From the IMG/VR virus record IMGVR_UViG_3300034283_001738, positions 1 through 59,131 of that record: 59,131 nucleotides of DNA; one strand, 5' to 3'. The DNA is from a virus. Its lineage: Duplodnaviria; Caudoviricetes. The notes under the pieces were generated by a model that was not told the DNA's origin, searched no databases, and saw only the letters and a list, made by a program, of their open reading frames with translations. The translations under genes were made by a program, and so were the position numbers. This document shows, in pieces, positions 28,295 through 37,284 of the stretch (within the stretch, counting starts at the first letter, position 1; every line of letters begins with the position of its first letter).

Positions 28295-30080
28295 TTTTAA
28301 TGATTTAATAGACATATTAGATGGAGAAGAATTTGATGAAAGACCAGTCGACTTACGAACATTCGTTACCAGTCCAGAGTACCTCGGACTTCCCCCACTA
28401 TCGGAGCACCAGTATACACTCATTGAGAAGAGCAGCCAGATCTACAAAGAATCAACACTCATCAAGTTATTCGGAGAAGACGAAGGAAGAAGAAGATTCA
28501 AGCAAACCTGCAATGAAGTAATTGCTCAATTAGGAAAGGGAAGTGGTAAGGACTATTGTTCTACCATATCAGTTTCTTATATAGTGTATCTACTGTTATG
28601 CCTTAAAGATCCTGCAACATATTATGGAAAGCCTCCAGGAGATACCATAGATATAATTAATATTGCTATTAACGCACAACAAGCAAATAATGTTTTCTTT
28701 AAAGGATTTAAGACTAGAGTAGAGAGATCCCCTTGGTTTGCAGGAAAGTATGATCCAAAAGCTTCAGAAATTAGATTTAATAAAAATGTAAATGTTTATT
28801 CTGGACACTCAGAAAGAGAAGCCTTTGAAGGTTATAACGTAATTGCTGTTATCCTAGATGAGATTTCAGGGTTTGCTACAGAAAATACAACAGGGCATGA
28901 CCAGGCAAAAACAGCAGATGCAATATACGACATGTATCGTGGATCAGTAGTTTCTCGTTTTCCAGATTATGGCAAAGTTATTCTTTTATCTTTTCCCAGA
29001 TTTAAAAATGACCCAATTCAAAAATTTTACGATTCAGTTATAGCAGAAAAAGAAACTTTAATAATGACTAAAACTCTAAAGATGGATGAGGATCTACCAG
29101 ATGGAACAGATGGTAATGAGGTCGTTGTTGAATGGGAAGAAGATCATATTGTTTCGTACACAATACCAAAAGTTTTTGCGTTAAAAAGACCTACATGGGA
29201 GATAAACCCTACTAAAAAAATAGAAGACTTCAAGGTGGAGTTTTACAAAAATATGCCAGACGCACTTTCACGGTTTGCTTGTATGCCACCAGAGGCAGTT
29301 GATGCTTTCTTTAAGTCTAGAGAAAAAATAGAAAAAGCTTTCAGCAACCTATCTTTAGCTATAGACGGATTTGGAAGACTTCAAGATTGGTTTGCGCCAG
29401 ATCCAGACAAAGAGTATTTCATACACGTAGACCTTGCACAAAAACATGACCATTGTGCAGTTTCCTTAGCACATGTTCAGAAATGGGTTAACGTGAAGGT
29501 TACAGACACATACTCTCAGCCAGCACCAATAGTAGAGATAGATGCAGTTAGGTACTGGACTCCAACTCCAGATAAATCTGTAGACTTTACTGAAGTTAAA
29601 GATTACATATTAGCATTAAGGACAAGAGGGTTCAATATTAGGCTTTGCACATTTGATAGATGGAATTCTCATGACATGATGCAACAGTTAAAACAATACG
29701 GAATTAATACTGAAACATTGTCTGTTGGTAAAAAACATTATGACGATATGGCTATGGTTGTTTTAGAAGAAAGACTAAATGGACCTCATATTAAATTGTT
29801 AATTGATGAATTGTTACAATTAAAAATAATGAGGGACAAAGTAGATCACCCAAGGAAAGGGTCTAAAGATTTAGCTGACGCTGTTTGTGGGTCAATATAT
29901 AATGCCATAAGTATGAGTAAAAATGATATACTAAAAGAAGTAGAAATTCATACCTATGACTCTATAAAGTATAACAAGGAGCCAGAAGAAGAAATCAGAA
30001 TGAATATGATTCGTGCGCCAAGAATGCCTCAAGATTTAAGAGACACTCTAGACACAATAGAAAGAATGCAAATATTATGA
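28284..30080 (+). CDS. terL: Terminase large subunit
   Basis: Walker A GKGSGKD, Walker B VILDE, RNase H-like HVDLAQKHD and SKDLADA. Confidence 0.9.
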   Translation: MDLNFNDLIDILDGEEFDERPVDLRTFVTSPEYLGLPPLSEHQYTLIEKSSQIYKESTLIKLFGEDEGRRRFKQTCNEVIAQLGKGSGKDYCSTISVSYIVYLLLCLKDPATYYGKPPGDTIDIINIAINAQQANNVFFKGFKTRVERSPWFAGKYDPKASEIRFNKNVNVYSGHSEREAFEGYNVIAVILDEISGFATENTTGHDQAKTADAIYDMYRGSVVSRFPDYGKVILLSFPRFKNDPIQKFYDSVIAEKETLIMTKTLKMDEDLPDGTDGNEVVVEWEEDHIVSYTIPKVFALKRPTWEINPTKKIEDFKVEFYKNMPDALSRFACMPPEAVDAFFKSREKIEKAFSNLSLAIDGFGRLQDWFAPDPDKEYFIHVDLAQKHDHCAVSLAHVQKWVNVKVTDTYSQPAPIVEIDAVRYWTPTPDKSVDFTEVKDYILALRTRGFNIRLCTFDRWNSHDMMQQLKQYGINTETLSVGKKHYDDMAMVVLEERLNGPHIKLLIDELLQLKIMRDKVDHPRKGSKDLADAVCGSIYNAISMSKNDILKEVEIHTYDSIKYNKEPEEEIRMNMIRAPRMPQDLRDTLDTIERMQIL

Positions 30081-30325
30081 GTACATACCAAGATAGAGCT
30101 AAAGAATGTAAATGCTGTGGTAAGCATGTGCCTCTTCCAGTTAGGTTAAAAGAATATAATGGAATAAAAGTATGTCCCACTACATTTGATAACATAATTG
30201 AATATAAAAGAATATGGATTGAAAGTGGTTCAAGGCCTCCAGGAAGCATAAGAAAACACTTTTCGGAATATGTTCAGTCTATAGTAGAAAATACTATTGA
30301 CAAAAAGCAAGACACAAATATATAA
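30077..30325 (+). CDS. Small Zn-binding hypothetical protein
   Basis: CKCCG...VCPT. Confidence 0.65.
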   Translation: MSTYQDRAKECKCCGKHVPLPVRLKEYNGIKVCPTTFDNIIEYKRIWIESGSRPPGSIRKHFSEYVQSIVENTIDKKQDTNI

Positions 30326-30336
30326 TTACCAGCTAG

Positions 30337-30410
30337 GCACCAGTAGCTTAGTTGGTTAGAGCCCCCGACTCATAATCGGGTAGTCGTAGGTTCAAGTCCT
30401 ACCTGGTGCA
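30337..30410 (+). tRNA. tRNA with CAT anticodon (probably Ile2, otherwise elongator Met)
   Basis: Acceptor GCACCAG/CTGGTGC, anticodon arm CCCGA-CTCATAA-TCGGG, T loop TTCAAGT; no CCA. Promoter TTGACA-18-TATAAT at 30297-30326. Confidence 0.9.
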
Positions 30411-30423
30411 CAAGGGAGATAGT

Positions 30424-30744
30424 ATGGATGACGAAGAAGCTTTAAGACAAATTCAGTATTATATTGATATCGGTGCAATCAGGCTTGCTGGATACAACGA
30501 AGATGGCGAGGCTATTTTTGAGTTAAATGAAAAAGTTACAAAAGAACTTGCTCCAGATTTATGGGAGGCTCATTTAGAGTATGTAGATAGTACTTTAATT
30601 GATTTGTATCAAGATGGTTTGTTAAATGTAGAGTATGATGAAAACTTAGAAGCAACTATGCACTTTACCAATGAAGGATATAAAATTGCAAAAGAAAAGG
30701 GTGTAATTCCGTTAAACGGTATTGACGATTACGATATAAATTAG
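30424..30744 (+). CDS. Acidic hypothetical protein
   Basis: ATG 30424 after SD GGGAG; 106 aa. Confidence 0.7.
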   Translation: MDDEEALRQIQYYIDIGAIRLAGYNEDGEAIFELNEKVTKELAPDLWEAHLEYVDSTLIDLYQDGLLNVEYDENLEATMHFTNEGYKIAKEKGVIPLNGIDDYDIN

Positions 30745-30757
30745 ATATAATTTGTAT

Positions 30758-30830
30758 GCCCTTGTAGCTCAGTGGATAGAGCGAGACTCTTCTAAGGTCT
30801 GCGTCGGAGGTTCAATTCCTTTCAGGGGCG
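30758..30830 (+). tRNA. tRNA-Arg(TCT)
   Basis: GCCCTTG/CAGGGGC; AGACT-CTTCTAA-GGTCT; T loop TTCAATT. Confidence 0.9.
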
Positions 30831-30835
30831 CTTAG

Positions 30836-30908
30836 TGGACCATAGCTCAGTCGGCAGAGCGCAGAGCTGTTAACTCTGATGTCCCAGGTTCGAGCCCTGG
30901 TGGTCCAG
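30836..30908 (+). tRNA. tRNA-Asn(GTT)
   Basis: TGGACCA/TGGTCCA; CAGAG-CTGTTAA-CTCTG; T loop TTCGAGC. Confidence 0.92.
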
Positions 30909-30941
30909 CGGGAATAATCCCATCTTATATATAGGAGAAAA

Positions 30942-31517
30942 ATGAAAACAGTAGGAAATAAATTAAGTCCATTTAGAATTGTTGGCGTAAAGCCAGGAAG
31001 ACTAGATGCTTCTGATGATGTTTTTGAAGTATTAAGCGAAAAGTCATTTCCAGGACAATGGAAGGTAGTTGTTTTTTATCCAAAAGATTTCACCTTTGTT
31101 TGTCCAACAGAAATTGTTGCATATGATAAGTTAGTTAATGACTTTAAAGATCGTGATGCTGTTCTTTTAACAGGTTCAACAGATAATGAATTCTGTAAGA
31201 TTGCATGGCGCAACTCACATGAAGATCTAAAAAAGACAAATTCGTGGTCATTTGCGGATCAAATTCGTGATTGGGCATATTCAGAATCTGATGATGAGTC
31301 ATATACTGGTTTAGCAAATCAGCTTGGAATTCTTACAGATGACGGAGTTGCTCTTCGTGCAACATTTATAATTGATCCAGAAAATGTTATTCAGCATGTT
31401 ACAGTAAACAATCTCAATGTTGGAAGAAGCCCAGAAGAGACATTGCGTATTCTTGATGCTCTTCAAACAGGGGAGCTTTGTGCATGCAACAGAAGTCTTG
31501 GTGGGGAAACTCTATAA
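30942..31517 (+). CDS. ahpC: Peroxiredoxin AhpC (actinobacterial type)
   Basis: FYPKDFTFVCPTE, GRSPEE, GELCACN. Confidence 0.95.
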   Translation: MKTVGNKLSPFRIVGVKPGRLDASDDVFEVLSEKSFPGQWKVVVFYPKDFTFVCPTEIVAYDKLVNDFKDRDAVLLTGSTDNEFCKIAWRNSHEDLKKTNSWSFADQIRDWAYSESDDESYTGLANQLGILTDDGVALRATFIIDPENVIQHVTVNNLNVGRSPEETLRILDALQTGELCACNRSLGGETL

Positions 31518-32026
31518 TGTGGGTTGAACAGCTGAAGGAATCTTTACCAGAATACGCTAAAGATATTAAATTAAACCTTGACGCTGTCATTAATCGTAGT
31601 GCGGTTGATCCAGAGCTAGCCACCCACCTAGCTTTGGCAGCCTCATTTGCTACTGGAAATGGCAAGCTTATTGCATTTATTGCCGCCTCTTCTACAAACG
31701 AGGTAGAAAAAAATGCAGCAATGACTGCTGGCGCCCTTATGGCTCAAAATAATGTATGGTATCCATATATTGAAATGGCAGATGATCCTAATTTAACAGG
31801 ATTGCCTGCACAATTGAGAATGAATGCTATCGCATCGCATGGAGGCACAACGAAAGCTAATTTTGAAGCCTATTCATTGGCTTCATCAATTATTGGTAAA
31901 TGTCATTTCTGTGTTAAGGCACACTATGATACATTGAAGCAAGAAGGGTTTAGCGTTGAGCAACTAAGAGATATTGGTAGAATTGCTGCAACTGTTAATG
32001 CCTTGGCTAAGATACTAAATTCTTAG
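31517..32026 (+). CDS. ahpD: Alkyl hydroperoxide reductase AhpD
   Basis: LPEYAKDIKLNL, MAQNNVWY, LRMN, CHFC motif; TAATG-coupled to ahpC. Confidence 0.93.
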   Translation: MWVEQLKESLPEYAKDIKLNLDAVINRSAVDPELATHLALAASFATGNGKLIAFIAASSTNEVEKNAAMTAGALMAQNNVWYPYIEMADDPNLTGLPAQLRMNAIASHGGTTKANFEAYSLASSIIGKCHFCVKAHYDTLKQEGFSVEQLRDIGRIAATVNALAKILNS

Positions 32027-32033
32027 TCGGATC

Positions 32034-32105
32034 GCCTCCCTAGCTCAGTGGTAGAGCATCCGCCTTGTAAGCGGAAGGTCGTCAGTTCAATCCTGACGGG
32101 GGGCT
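32034..32105 (+). tRNA. tRNA-Thr(TGT)
   Basis: GCCTCCC/GGGGGGC; TCCGC-CTTGTAA-GCGGA. Confidence 0.92.
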
Positions 32106-32111
32106 CGCCAA

Positions 32112-32184
32112 GTCCCTATAGCTCAGTTGGTAGAGCAACAGACTTTTAATCTGTGGGTCGTAGGATCGATACCTACTGGGGACA
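32112..32184 (+). tRNA. tRNA-Lys(TTT) with atypical T loop
   Basis: GTCCCTA/TGGGGAC; ACAGA-CTTTTAA-TCTGT; T arm GTAGG-ATCGATA-CCTAC. Confidence 0.88.
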
Positions 32185-32185
32185 C

Positions 32186-32258
32186 GCCCTTATAGCCCAG
32201 CGGTAGAGGCATACGACTTAAAATCGTAAAAGCGTTGGTTCGAATCCAACTTGGGGCA
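32186..32258 (+). tRNA. tRNA-Leu(TAA), short variable loop
   Basis: GCCCTTA/TTGGGGC with one U-U pair; TACGA-CTTAAAA-TCGTA; 5-nt variable region. Confidence 0.85.
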
Positions 32259-32271
32259 CAGAAGGAGAATT

Positions 32272-33330
32272 ATGATAAAAGATACTAATACTAGAAGCAT
32301 ATGCTTTGATGATGTACTGCTTGTCCCTAAAAAGTCAAGCATACCTTCAAGATCTTCCATATCAATTGAGTCTGAAATTGGAAACCCAAACCAACCTAAA
32401 TCTGTTTTAAAATTACGTTCTCCATTTTTTATGGCTCCTATGGAGTTTATATCTAGCCCATTAATGATAAGTAAGCTGGTAAAATTTGGAGGCATAGGAT
32501 TTATTCCTAGGCTTACACCCTTAGATGACAGGATGTTAAGATTAAAAAAAACAATTGAGGTTAGCGAAGGTCCAACCAACATAGGATTCTGTATATCTTC
32601 TTATGAGGTAGATAATGTCAACCTTATAGACAATTTAAACAAAAGTGGAGTAAAGATACTACTTGTAGATACTGCCCTTGGTCACTTAGATTTAGTTACT
32701 GAATCAATTAAAAAATTAAGAAAAAATGTTTCAGAAGATACTCATATAATGTGTGGAAATATTTCTTCATATGAAGCTTATGAGTCGTTAATGAATGCTG
32801 GGGCTGATTCTGTTAGGGTTGGAATCGGTGGCGGAGCAGCTTGTTTAACTAGAATAGTTACTGGTTTTGGAGTCCCAACTCTTTCATCTATAATGGATAT
32901 ATACGATAATGTTAAAGGGGATAAGATAAATGGTATAGTGGCTGATGGTGGAATAAAAAATAATGGAGATGCAGTAAAAGCTTTTGCGGCGGGAGCTAGT
33001 GGAATCATGATGGGTTCATTTTTTGCTGGGCATGATGAATGTGATAGGGGAGTCAATGGAGATCATATATTTAGAGGACTCGCATCCAGAGAGACACAAT
33101 TAAATCAAAACCCAGATGCAATAAATAATTTAAAGGCACTTCATGTAGAGGGAGCTTCTGGGTCAGTTCACCATAAGGGATCAATTGACCATTCTATACA
33201 AATGCTTATAAATAACATTTGTAGCGGTTTGTCCTATTGTGGATCGCCAGATTTAAAACATTTTAGAGAAAACTCTACTTATATAGAGGTTTCTTCGCAA
33301 TCAACTATTGAATCAAATAAGAGGATTTGA
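32272..33330 (+). CDS. IMP dehydrogenase / GMP reductase family protein (no CBS domains)
   Basis: FDDVLLVP, DTALGH, RVGIGGGAACLTR, ADGGIK, RGLAS, VEGA. Confidence 0.9.
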   Translation: MIKDTNTRSICFDDVLLVPKKSSIPSRSSISIESEIGNPNQPKSVLKLRSPFFMAPMEFISSPLMISKLVKFGGIGFIPRLTPLDDRMLRLKKTIEVSEGPTNIGFCISSYEVDNVNLIDNLNKSGVKILLVDTALGHLDLVTESIKKLRKNVSEDTHIMCGNISSYEAYESLMNAGADSVRVGIGGGAACLTRIVTGFGVPTLSSIMDIYDNVKGDKINGIVADGGIKNNGDAVKAFAAGASGIMMGSFFAGHDECDRGVNGDHIFRGLASRETQLNQNPDAINNLKALHVEGASGSVHHKGSIDHSIQMLINNICSGLSYCGSPDLKHFRENSTYIEVSSQSTIESNKRI

Positions 33331-33389
33331 TACAATATATATAGGTCGCCAATTGGGACCTAATTCATTTATTCGCTTAAGGAGGAATA
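33328..33389 (+). promoter_or_regulatory. hsp20 promoter and leader hairpin
   Basis: TGATACAAT; hairpin TAGGTC(G)CC-AATT-GGGACCTA; SD AAGGAGG. Confidence 0.5.
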
Positions 33390-33812
33390 ATGGTAACACA
33401 ATTTGCCATGGATCTTTTTAAAGATCCTTTTTTTATCGGCTTTAACAGAGAGTTAGAGCGTATCAACAATGTATATCGTGAAGCAACAAATCAGTCTTAT
33501 CCGCCGTATGATGTGCTTAAGACAGGGGAAGACTCTTATGAGATTTCTTTAGCTGTTGCAGGATTTTCTAAAGAAGAGTTGTCTGTTAATATTGACAACG
33601 GTTCTTTGGTAGTCCAGGGATTAAAAGAGTCTGTAGTAGCACCTAAACCTTATTTACATAAGGGGATTGCTGCTAGAAAGTTTATTCGTACATTTGCATT
33701 ATCTGAATATATGGAGGTGCAAAGTGCAGAACTGGTCGATGGAATTCTTAAAATTAATATTGAGAGAATCGTCCCAGAAGAAAAAAAGCCAAAAGCAATT
33801 AAGATCAAGTAA
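33390..33812 (+). CDS. Small heat-shock protein Hsp20
   Basis: YPPYD, LAVAGFSKEEL, YLHKGIAARKF, DGILKI. Confidence 0.93.
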   Translation: MVTQFAMDLFKDPFFIGFNRELERINNVYREATNQSYPPYDVLKTGEDSYEISLAVAGFSKEELSVNIDNGSLVVQGLKESVVAPKPYLHKGIAARKFIRTFALSEYMEVQSAELVDGILKINIERIVPEEKKPKAIKIK

Positions 33813-33821
33813 TTAATTGCA

Positions 33822-33850
33822 AAGTCCTGAGCATGACTTAAAACTGCTCA
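33822..33850 (+). ncRNA. Candidate H-type RNA pseudoknot
   Basis: Stem 1 AAGTC/GACTT; loop TGAGCA pairs with downstream TGCTCA across AAAAC. Confidence 0.4.
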
Positions 33851-33869
33851 CAAAAGAAAAGAGAAAAGA

Positions 33870-34628
33870 TTGATTATTCAAATTATTGGACTTCCTGGAT
33901 CTGGTAAAACAACTTTAGCAGAAACATTAAAGGAAAAAATAAACGCAATACATTTAAATGCTGACTACGTCAGATCAACAGTTAATTCTGATTTAGGATT
34001 TAGTATAGAGGACAGAGTGGAACATGCTCGTCGTCTAGGAGAAATGTCCAGAATGCTTAGTGGACAGGGCTATGACGTAATCGTAGACTTTGTTTGCCCA
34101 ACAAAGCAAACCAGGGATTCGTTTGGAAAGCCAGACATATTAATTTGGATGGACACAATTGCAGAGGGAAGATTTGAAGACACCAACAAACTATGGGAAG
34201 ATCCAGAGGGAACTTACCTTTCGTTTATAGATCACCAAATGAATGCAGAAGAAAAGGCTTCTGCCGTAATTAAAACATTTAGGTTACATGATTGGTCTCA
34301 ACCAACTACTTTGATGCTTGGAAGATATCAGCCATGGCATGAAGGGCATCATGCTTTATATATTGAGGCGGGAAAAAGAACAGATCAAGTTATGCTTGGT
34401 GTAAGAAATACATATAACACAAGTCCAAAAGATCCGCTTACATTTAATCAAGTAAAAGAATATATCGCTAAGGATTCTTTTATGGATGGATCAATGGTAG
34501 TAAAGATGCCTAATATCACAAACATAGTTTATGGAAGAGATGTCGGATATAAAATTGAACAGGTAAAGCTAGACGATAATATTGAAGCAATTTCGGCTAC
34601 TCAAAAAAGAAAAGAGATGGGTCTATGA
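33870..34628 (+). CDS. Adenylylsulfate kinase-like domain fused to an HxGH nucleotidyltransferase
   Basis: N-terminal GLPGSGKTT and LNADYVRSTVNSDLGFSIEDRVEHARR (CysC-like); C-terminal LGRYQPWHEGH, YGRDVGY, ISATQKR. Confidence 0.85.
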   Translation: MIIQIIGLPGSGKTTLAETLKEKINAIHLNADYVRSTVNSDLGFSIEDRVEHARRLGEMSRMLSGQGYDVIVDFVCPTKQTRDSFGKPDILIWMDTIAEGRFEDTNKLWEDPEGTYLSFIDHQMNAEEKASAVIKTFRLHDWSQPTTLMLGRYQPWHEGHHALYIEAGKRTDQVMLGVRNTYNTSPKDPLTFNQVKEYIAKDSFMDGSMVVKMPNITNIVYGRDVGYKIEQVKLDDNIEAISATQKRKEMGL

Positions 34629-34924
34629 AAAAGATCAGATACATATGGTCTATAGTTAAAGATAGATGGATGAAGCCATATGATGATATTATATTAAGGT
34701 TTAACACAAAAGCAGAAGCAGGGGACCCATTGGTATGGAGGGTATTTGTTAATGGAAATCAAAGTTTAGCAAGTGACTTCGAAATACATGGATATGTTTA
34801 TGCAGTTTCTTCTGAATATGAAGGTGACACTAAGTATAATGTTGGATGCAAGGGAAGAATTAGATGGGAAGGAACAAAAGCGATAATCCTTACCGCTAAA
34901 AAGCAGCCAGAGGTTTCTTTTTAA
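34625..34924 (+). CDS. Hypothetical protein
   Basis: 99 aa; ATGA overlap. Confidence 0.65.
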   Translation: MKKIRYIWSIVKDRWMKPYDDIILRFNTKAEAGDPLVWRVFVNGNQSLASDFEIHGYVYAVSSEYEGDTKYNVGCKGRIRWEGTKAIILTAKKQPEVSF

Positions 34925-35106
34925 TGCCTAGATATGAGTATGCATGTATAGAATGCGATTTCGGTATGGAAGTAAGCAAAACATTTGAAGAGGCAGATAC
35001 CTTAGAATTTTGTGAAAAATGTGGCAATCAAATGAATAAAGTTTACGGAACAGTCGGAGTTCAATTTAAAGGCACTGGTTTTTACAAGACAGATAATCCT
35101 AAATAG
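34924..35106 (+). CDS. FmdB-family Zn-ribbon protein
   Basis: MPRYEYACIEC...CEKCG...FKGTGFYKTD. Confidence 0.88.
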   Translation: MPRYEYACIECDFGMEVSKTFEEADTLEFCEKCGNQMNKVYGTVGVQFKGTGFYKTDNPK

Positions 35107-35157
35107 TTAAATGATATAATTAACTAAATAAACAAAACGTTTGTTTAGGAGTTATAG

Positions 35158-37284
35158 TTGACTAGGACTAAAGCATGGAGATTATCTTTAGCCGCCATTT
35201 TAGGCTTTGGTTGGCTATTTATAACTCCTGCCTATAGCGATGATCCATTAAGTTTAGCCGCTCAAGAAATACAAGAATTAAATGATAGCGTAGCTGACTT
35301 AAACTATAAAACAGAATTTCAATCATTAATAGACATAGCGGAATCTAAATATGACGATGCAGTAGACGCAAAGGATGCGAGAGACGATGCTGCAGATGTT
35401 TACAATTCAGCAGTAGAAGCAGAGGCCACAGCATTAAACGAAAAGCTTTTGGCTCAAACTTCAGTAGATGGACAGACTGTTACTGTGGCTATAAAACTAC
35501 AAGAAAAAAATGATGCTCAATCAGCATTAGATATATCAGCAGTAAATTTAGCAACAGCAAATACTAATCTTCAAACTGCTCAAAATGCTGTAAACAATGC
35601 TGGATCAGCAGGGTTACAATATACTGTTTATCATCTATTAAGAGATGGCTATGTTAACGGGCAGCATATAGCGGTACCTGGCTCTGTCATATGTACAGGT
35701 GTCTGGAATTCAAACTCCATGAATCTTCCAGTTTGCGGATACTACGAAGACATTATTGTTAAATTTACTGGCAAAATTACAGTACCATCAGATTGGACAA
35801 ACGTATACTTTGCTGGATACACAGACGACGGATTTAGAATGTATGTAGATGGCAACCTTGCTGTAGACAATTGGGTTGAACAGGGCGCTACATGGAGCGC
35901 CTATTCTCCAATATATAATGTTAGCCAAGATAAAACTTTAGATGTAGAAATATGGTGGTATAACGGCGGTGGCCCAGGATCTTATCATCTCGGATGGTCA
36001 ATTCCAGGTGGGTGGACTGGTGCAGGATGTGCTTATACTGGTGGATGGGGAGTAGGATTTAGTTGTAACCTTAATACATTTTCTTATGGATCAGGTGCAA
36101 CACAACAACAATTAGATAATTTGTCTGCAGCGCAGGCAGCAAAAACGGCTGCACAACAAGATTATAATACTAAATTAGCAATACGTAACACTAAAGTATC
36201 TGAATATAATTCTGCTAATTCAGCTTTAACAACTCATAATCAAACTTTAACAACTAAAACAACTGCTCATAATGCTGCAATTATAAACACAGCAAATAAA
36301 TTACAGGATAAAGAAGATACAATAGATGCATATGATCAATCAATTATAGATTTAAATAATTCTATTGATAATGCTTGGAACTATTATGATGAGCAAATGG
36401 CTAGAGAAATTGCTACTGCATTAGCACAAGCCGCTGCTGCTGCTGCTAACCAGCCAACGCCAGAACCAACGCCAGAACCTTCCCCAGAGCCAACAGAAGA
36501 GGTTACTCCAGAGCCAAGCCCTGAGCCTTCTCCTGAGCCATCGCCTGAGCAAACTGAATCAGTCGATCCCACTCCAGAACCAAGCCCTGAAACCACAGAT
36601 GAGGCGACGCCAGAGCCAACTCCTGAACCTGAGCCATCTCTAGAGCCTTCACCAGAGCCTTCACCTCAGCCAACGGATATAGATCCAGAGCCAACTCCTG
36701 AACCAGAGCCAACTCCGACTGAACCTTCTGAAGAATCACAAGACAATGTTATCATAAAGGATGAAGAGTTACTAGAGTTAATTCCAGAAAAAGGAACTGG
36801 AACTTCAGAAGATCTCACTTCAGTTATAGCTAATTTAACAAGCAAGGATAATAAATTAGTTACATTGAGTCCAGAGCAAGTTTCTGCTGTTAGCCAGACA
36901 TTAGTTGCATTAACAAATGAGGCAAAGATCGAGGTCGCACAAGACCTTGGCATTAAAGCAACTGAAGTTGCTGTAATTGCAGAAGCAATGAAGTCTAATC
37001 CAGAATTAGCCACAGCATTTGTTGAATTTAAGGATAGGGAAGCAGCAGCAGAAGGCGCCACCATGCCTTACACATTAGCTGACGCTACCACAGAAGTACA
37101 GACAGAAGCATTTTTGGCGGACCCAATAGGAGCAGTTTTAGATATAGATTTAAGTAAAGTTTTAAGCCCATCAGAATGGGGCAAGGATATGACAGATGAC
37201 CAAAGAGAAAAGGCACAGGAAGTCGTCATACCAGTAATTATTGCAAGTAATATCGTGGCTGCAGCCATGACTAGGAGGATATAA
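35158..37284 (+). CDS. Secreted/surface protein: signal peptide, coiled coils, PA14-like domain, PEPS/PEPT linker, hydrophobic C-terminus
   Basis: AYS signal cleavage; FAGYTDDGFRMYVDG...WVEQG...WYNGGG (PA14); Pro-Glu repeats; VVIPVIIASNIVAAAM at the end. Confidence 0.75.
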   Translation: MTRTKAWRLSLAAILGFGWLFITPAYSDDPLSLAAQEIQELNDSVADLNYKTEFQSLIDIAESKYDDAVDAKDARDDAADVYNSAVEAEATALNEKLLAQTSVDGQTVTVAIKLQEKNDAQSALDISAVNLATANTNLQTAQNAVNNAGSAGLQYTVYHLLRDGYVNGQHIAVPGSVICTGVWNSNSMNLPVCGYYEDIIVKFTGKITVPSDWTNVYFAGYTDDGFRMYVDGNLAVDNWVEQGATWSAYSPIYNVSQDKTLDVEIWWYNGGGPGSYHLGWSIPGGWTGAGCAYTGGWGVGFSCNLNTFSYGSGATQQQLDNLSAAQAAKTAAQQDYNTKLAIRNTKVSEYNSANSALTTHNQTLTTKTTAHNAAIINTANKLQDKEDTIDAYDQSIIDLNNSIDNAWNYYDEQMAREIATALAQAAAAAANQPTPEPTPEPSPEPTEEVTPEPSPEPSPEPSPEQTESVDPTPEPSPETTDEATPEPTPEPEPSLEPSPEPSPQPTDIDPEPTPEPEPTPTEPSEESQDNVIIKDEELLELIPEKGTGTSEDLTSVIANLTSKDNKLVTLSPEQVSAVSQTLVALTNEAKIEVAQDLGIKATEVAVIAEAMKSNPELATAFVEFKDREAAAEGATMPYTLADATTEVQTEAFLADPIGAVLDIDLSKVLSPSEWGKDMTDDQREKAQEVVIPVIIASNIVAAAMTRRI
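36451..36735 (+). repeat. Degenerate P-E-P-(S/T) coding repeat
   Basis: PTPEPTPEPSPEP... with varied codons. Confidence 0.85.

Noticed and set aside
15628-30080. Inteins or introns in DnaB, DnaE, RecA or terminase
   Set aside because: Lengths are normal, reading frames are continuous, and no splice-junction or homing-endonuclease motifs were seen.
32186-32258. Ochre suppressor tRNA or recoded genetic code
   Set aside because: The 7-nt loop CTTAAAA gives anticodon TAA (Leu), and genes read through normally using all three stop codons.
30337-32258. tRNAs as a prophage attachment site or host chromosome boundary
   Set aside because: Phage-type genes continue on both sides, there is no integrase, and no duplicated tRNA 3' end was found.
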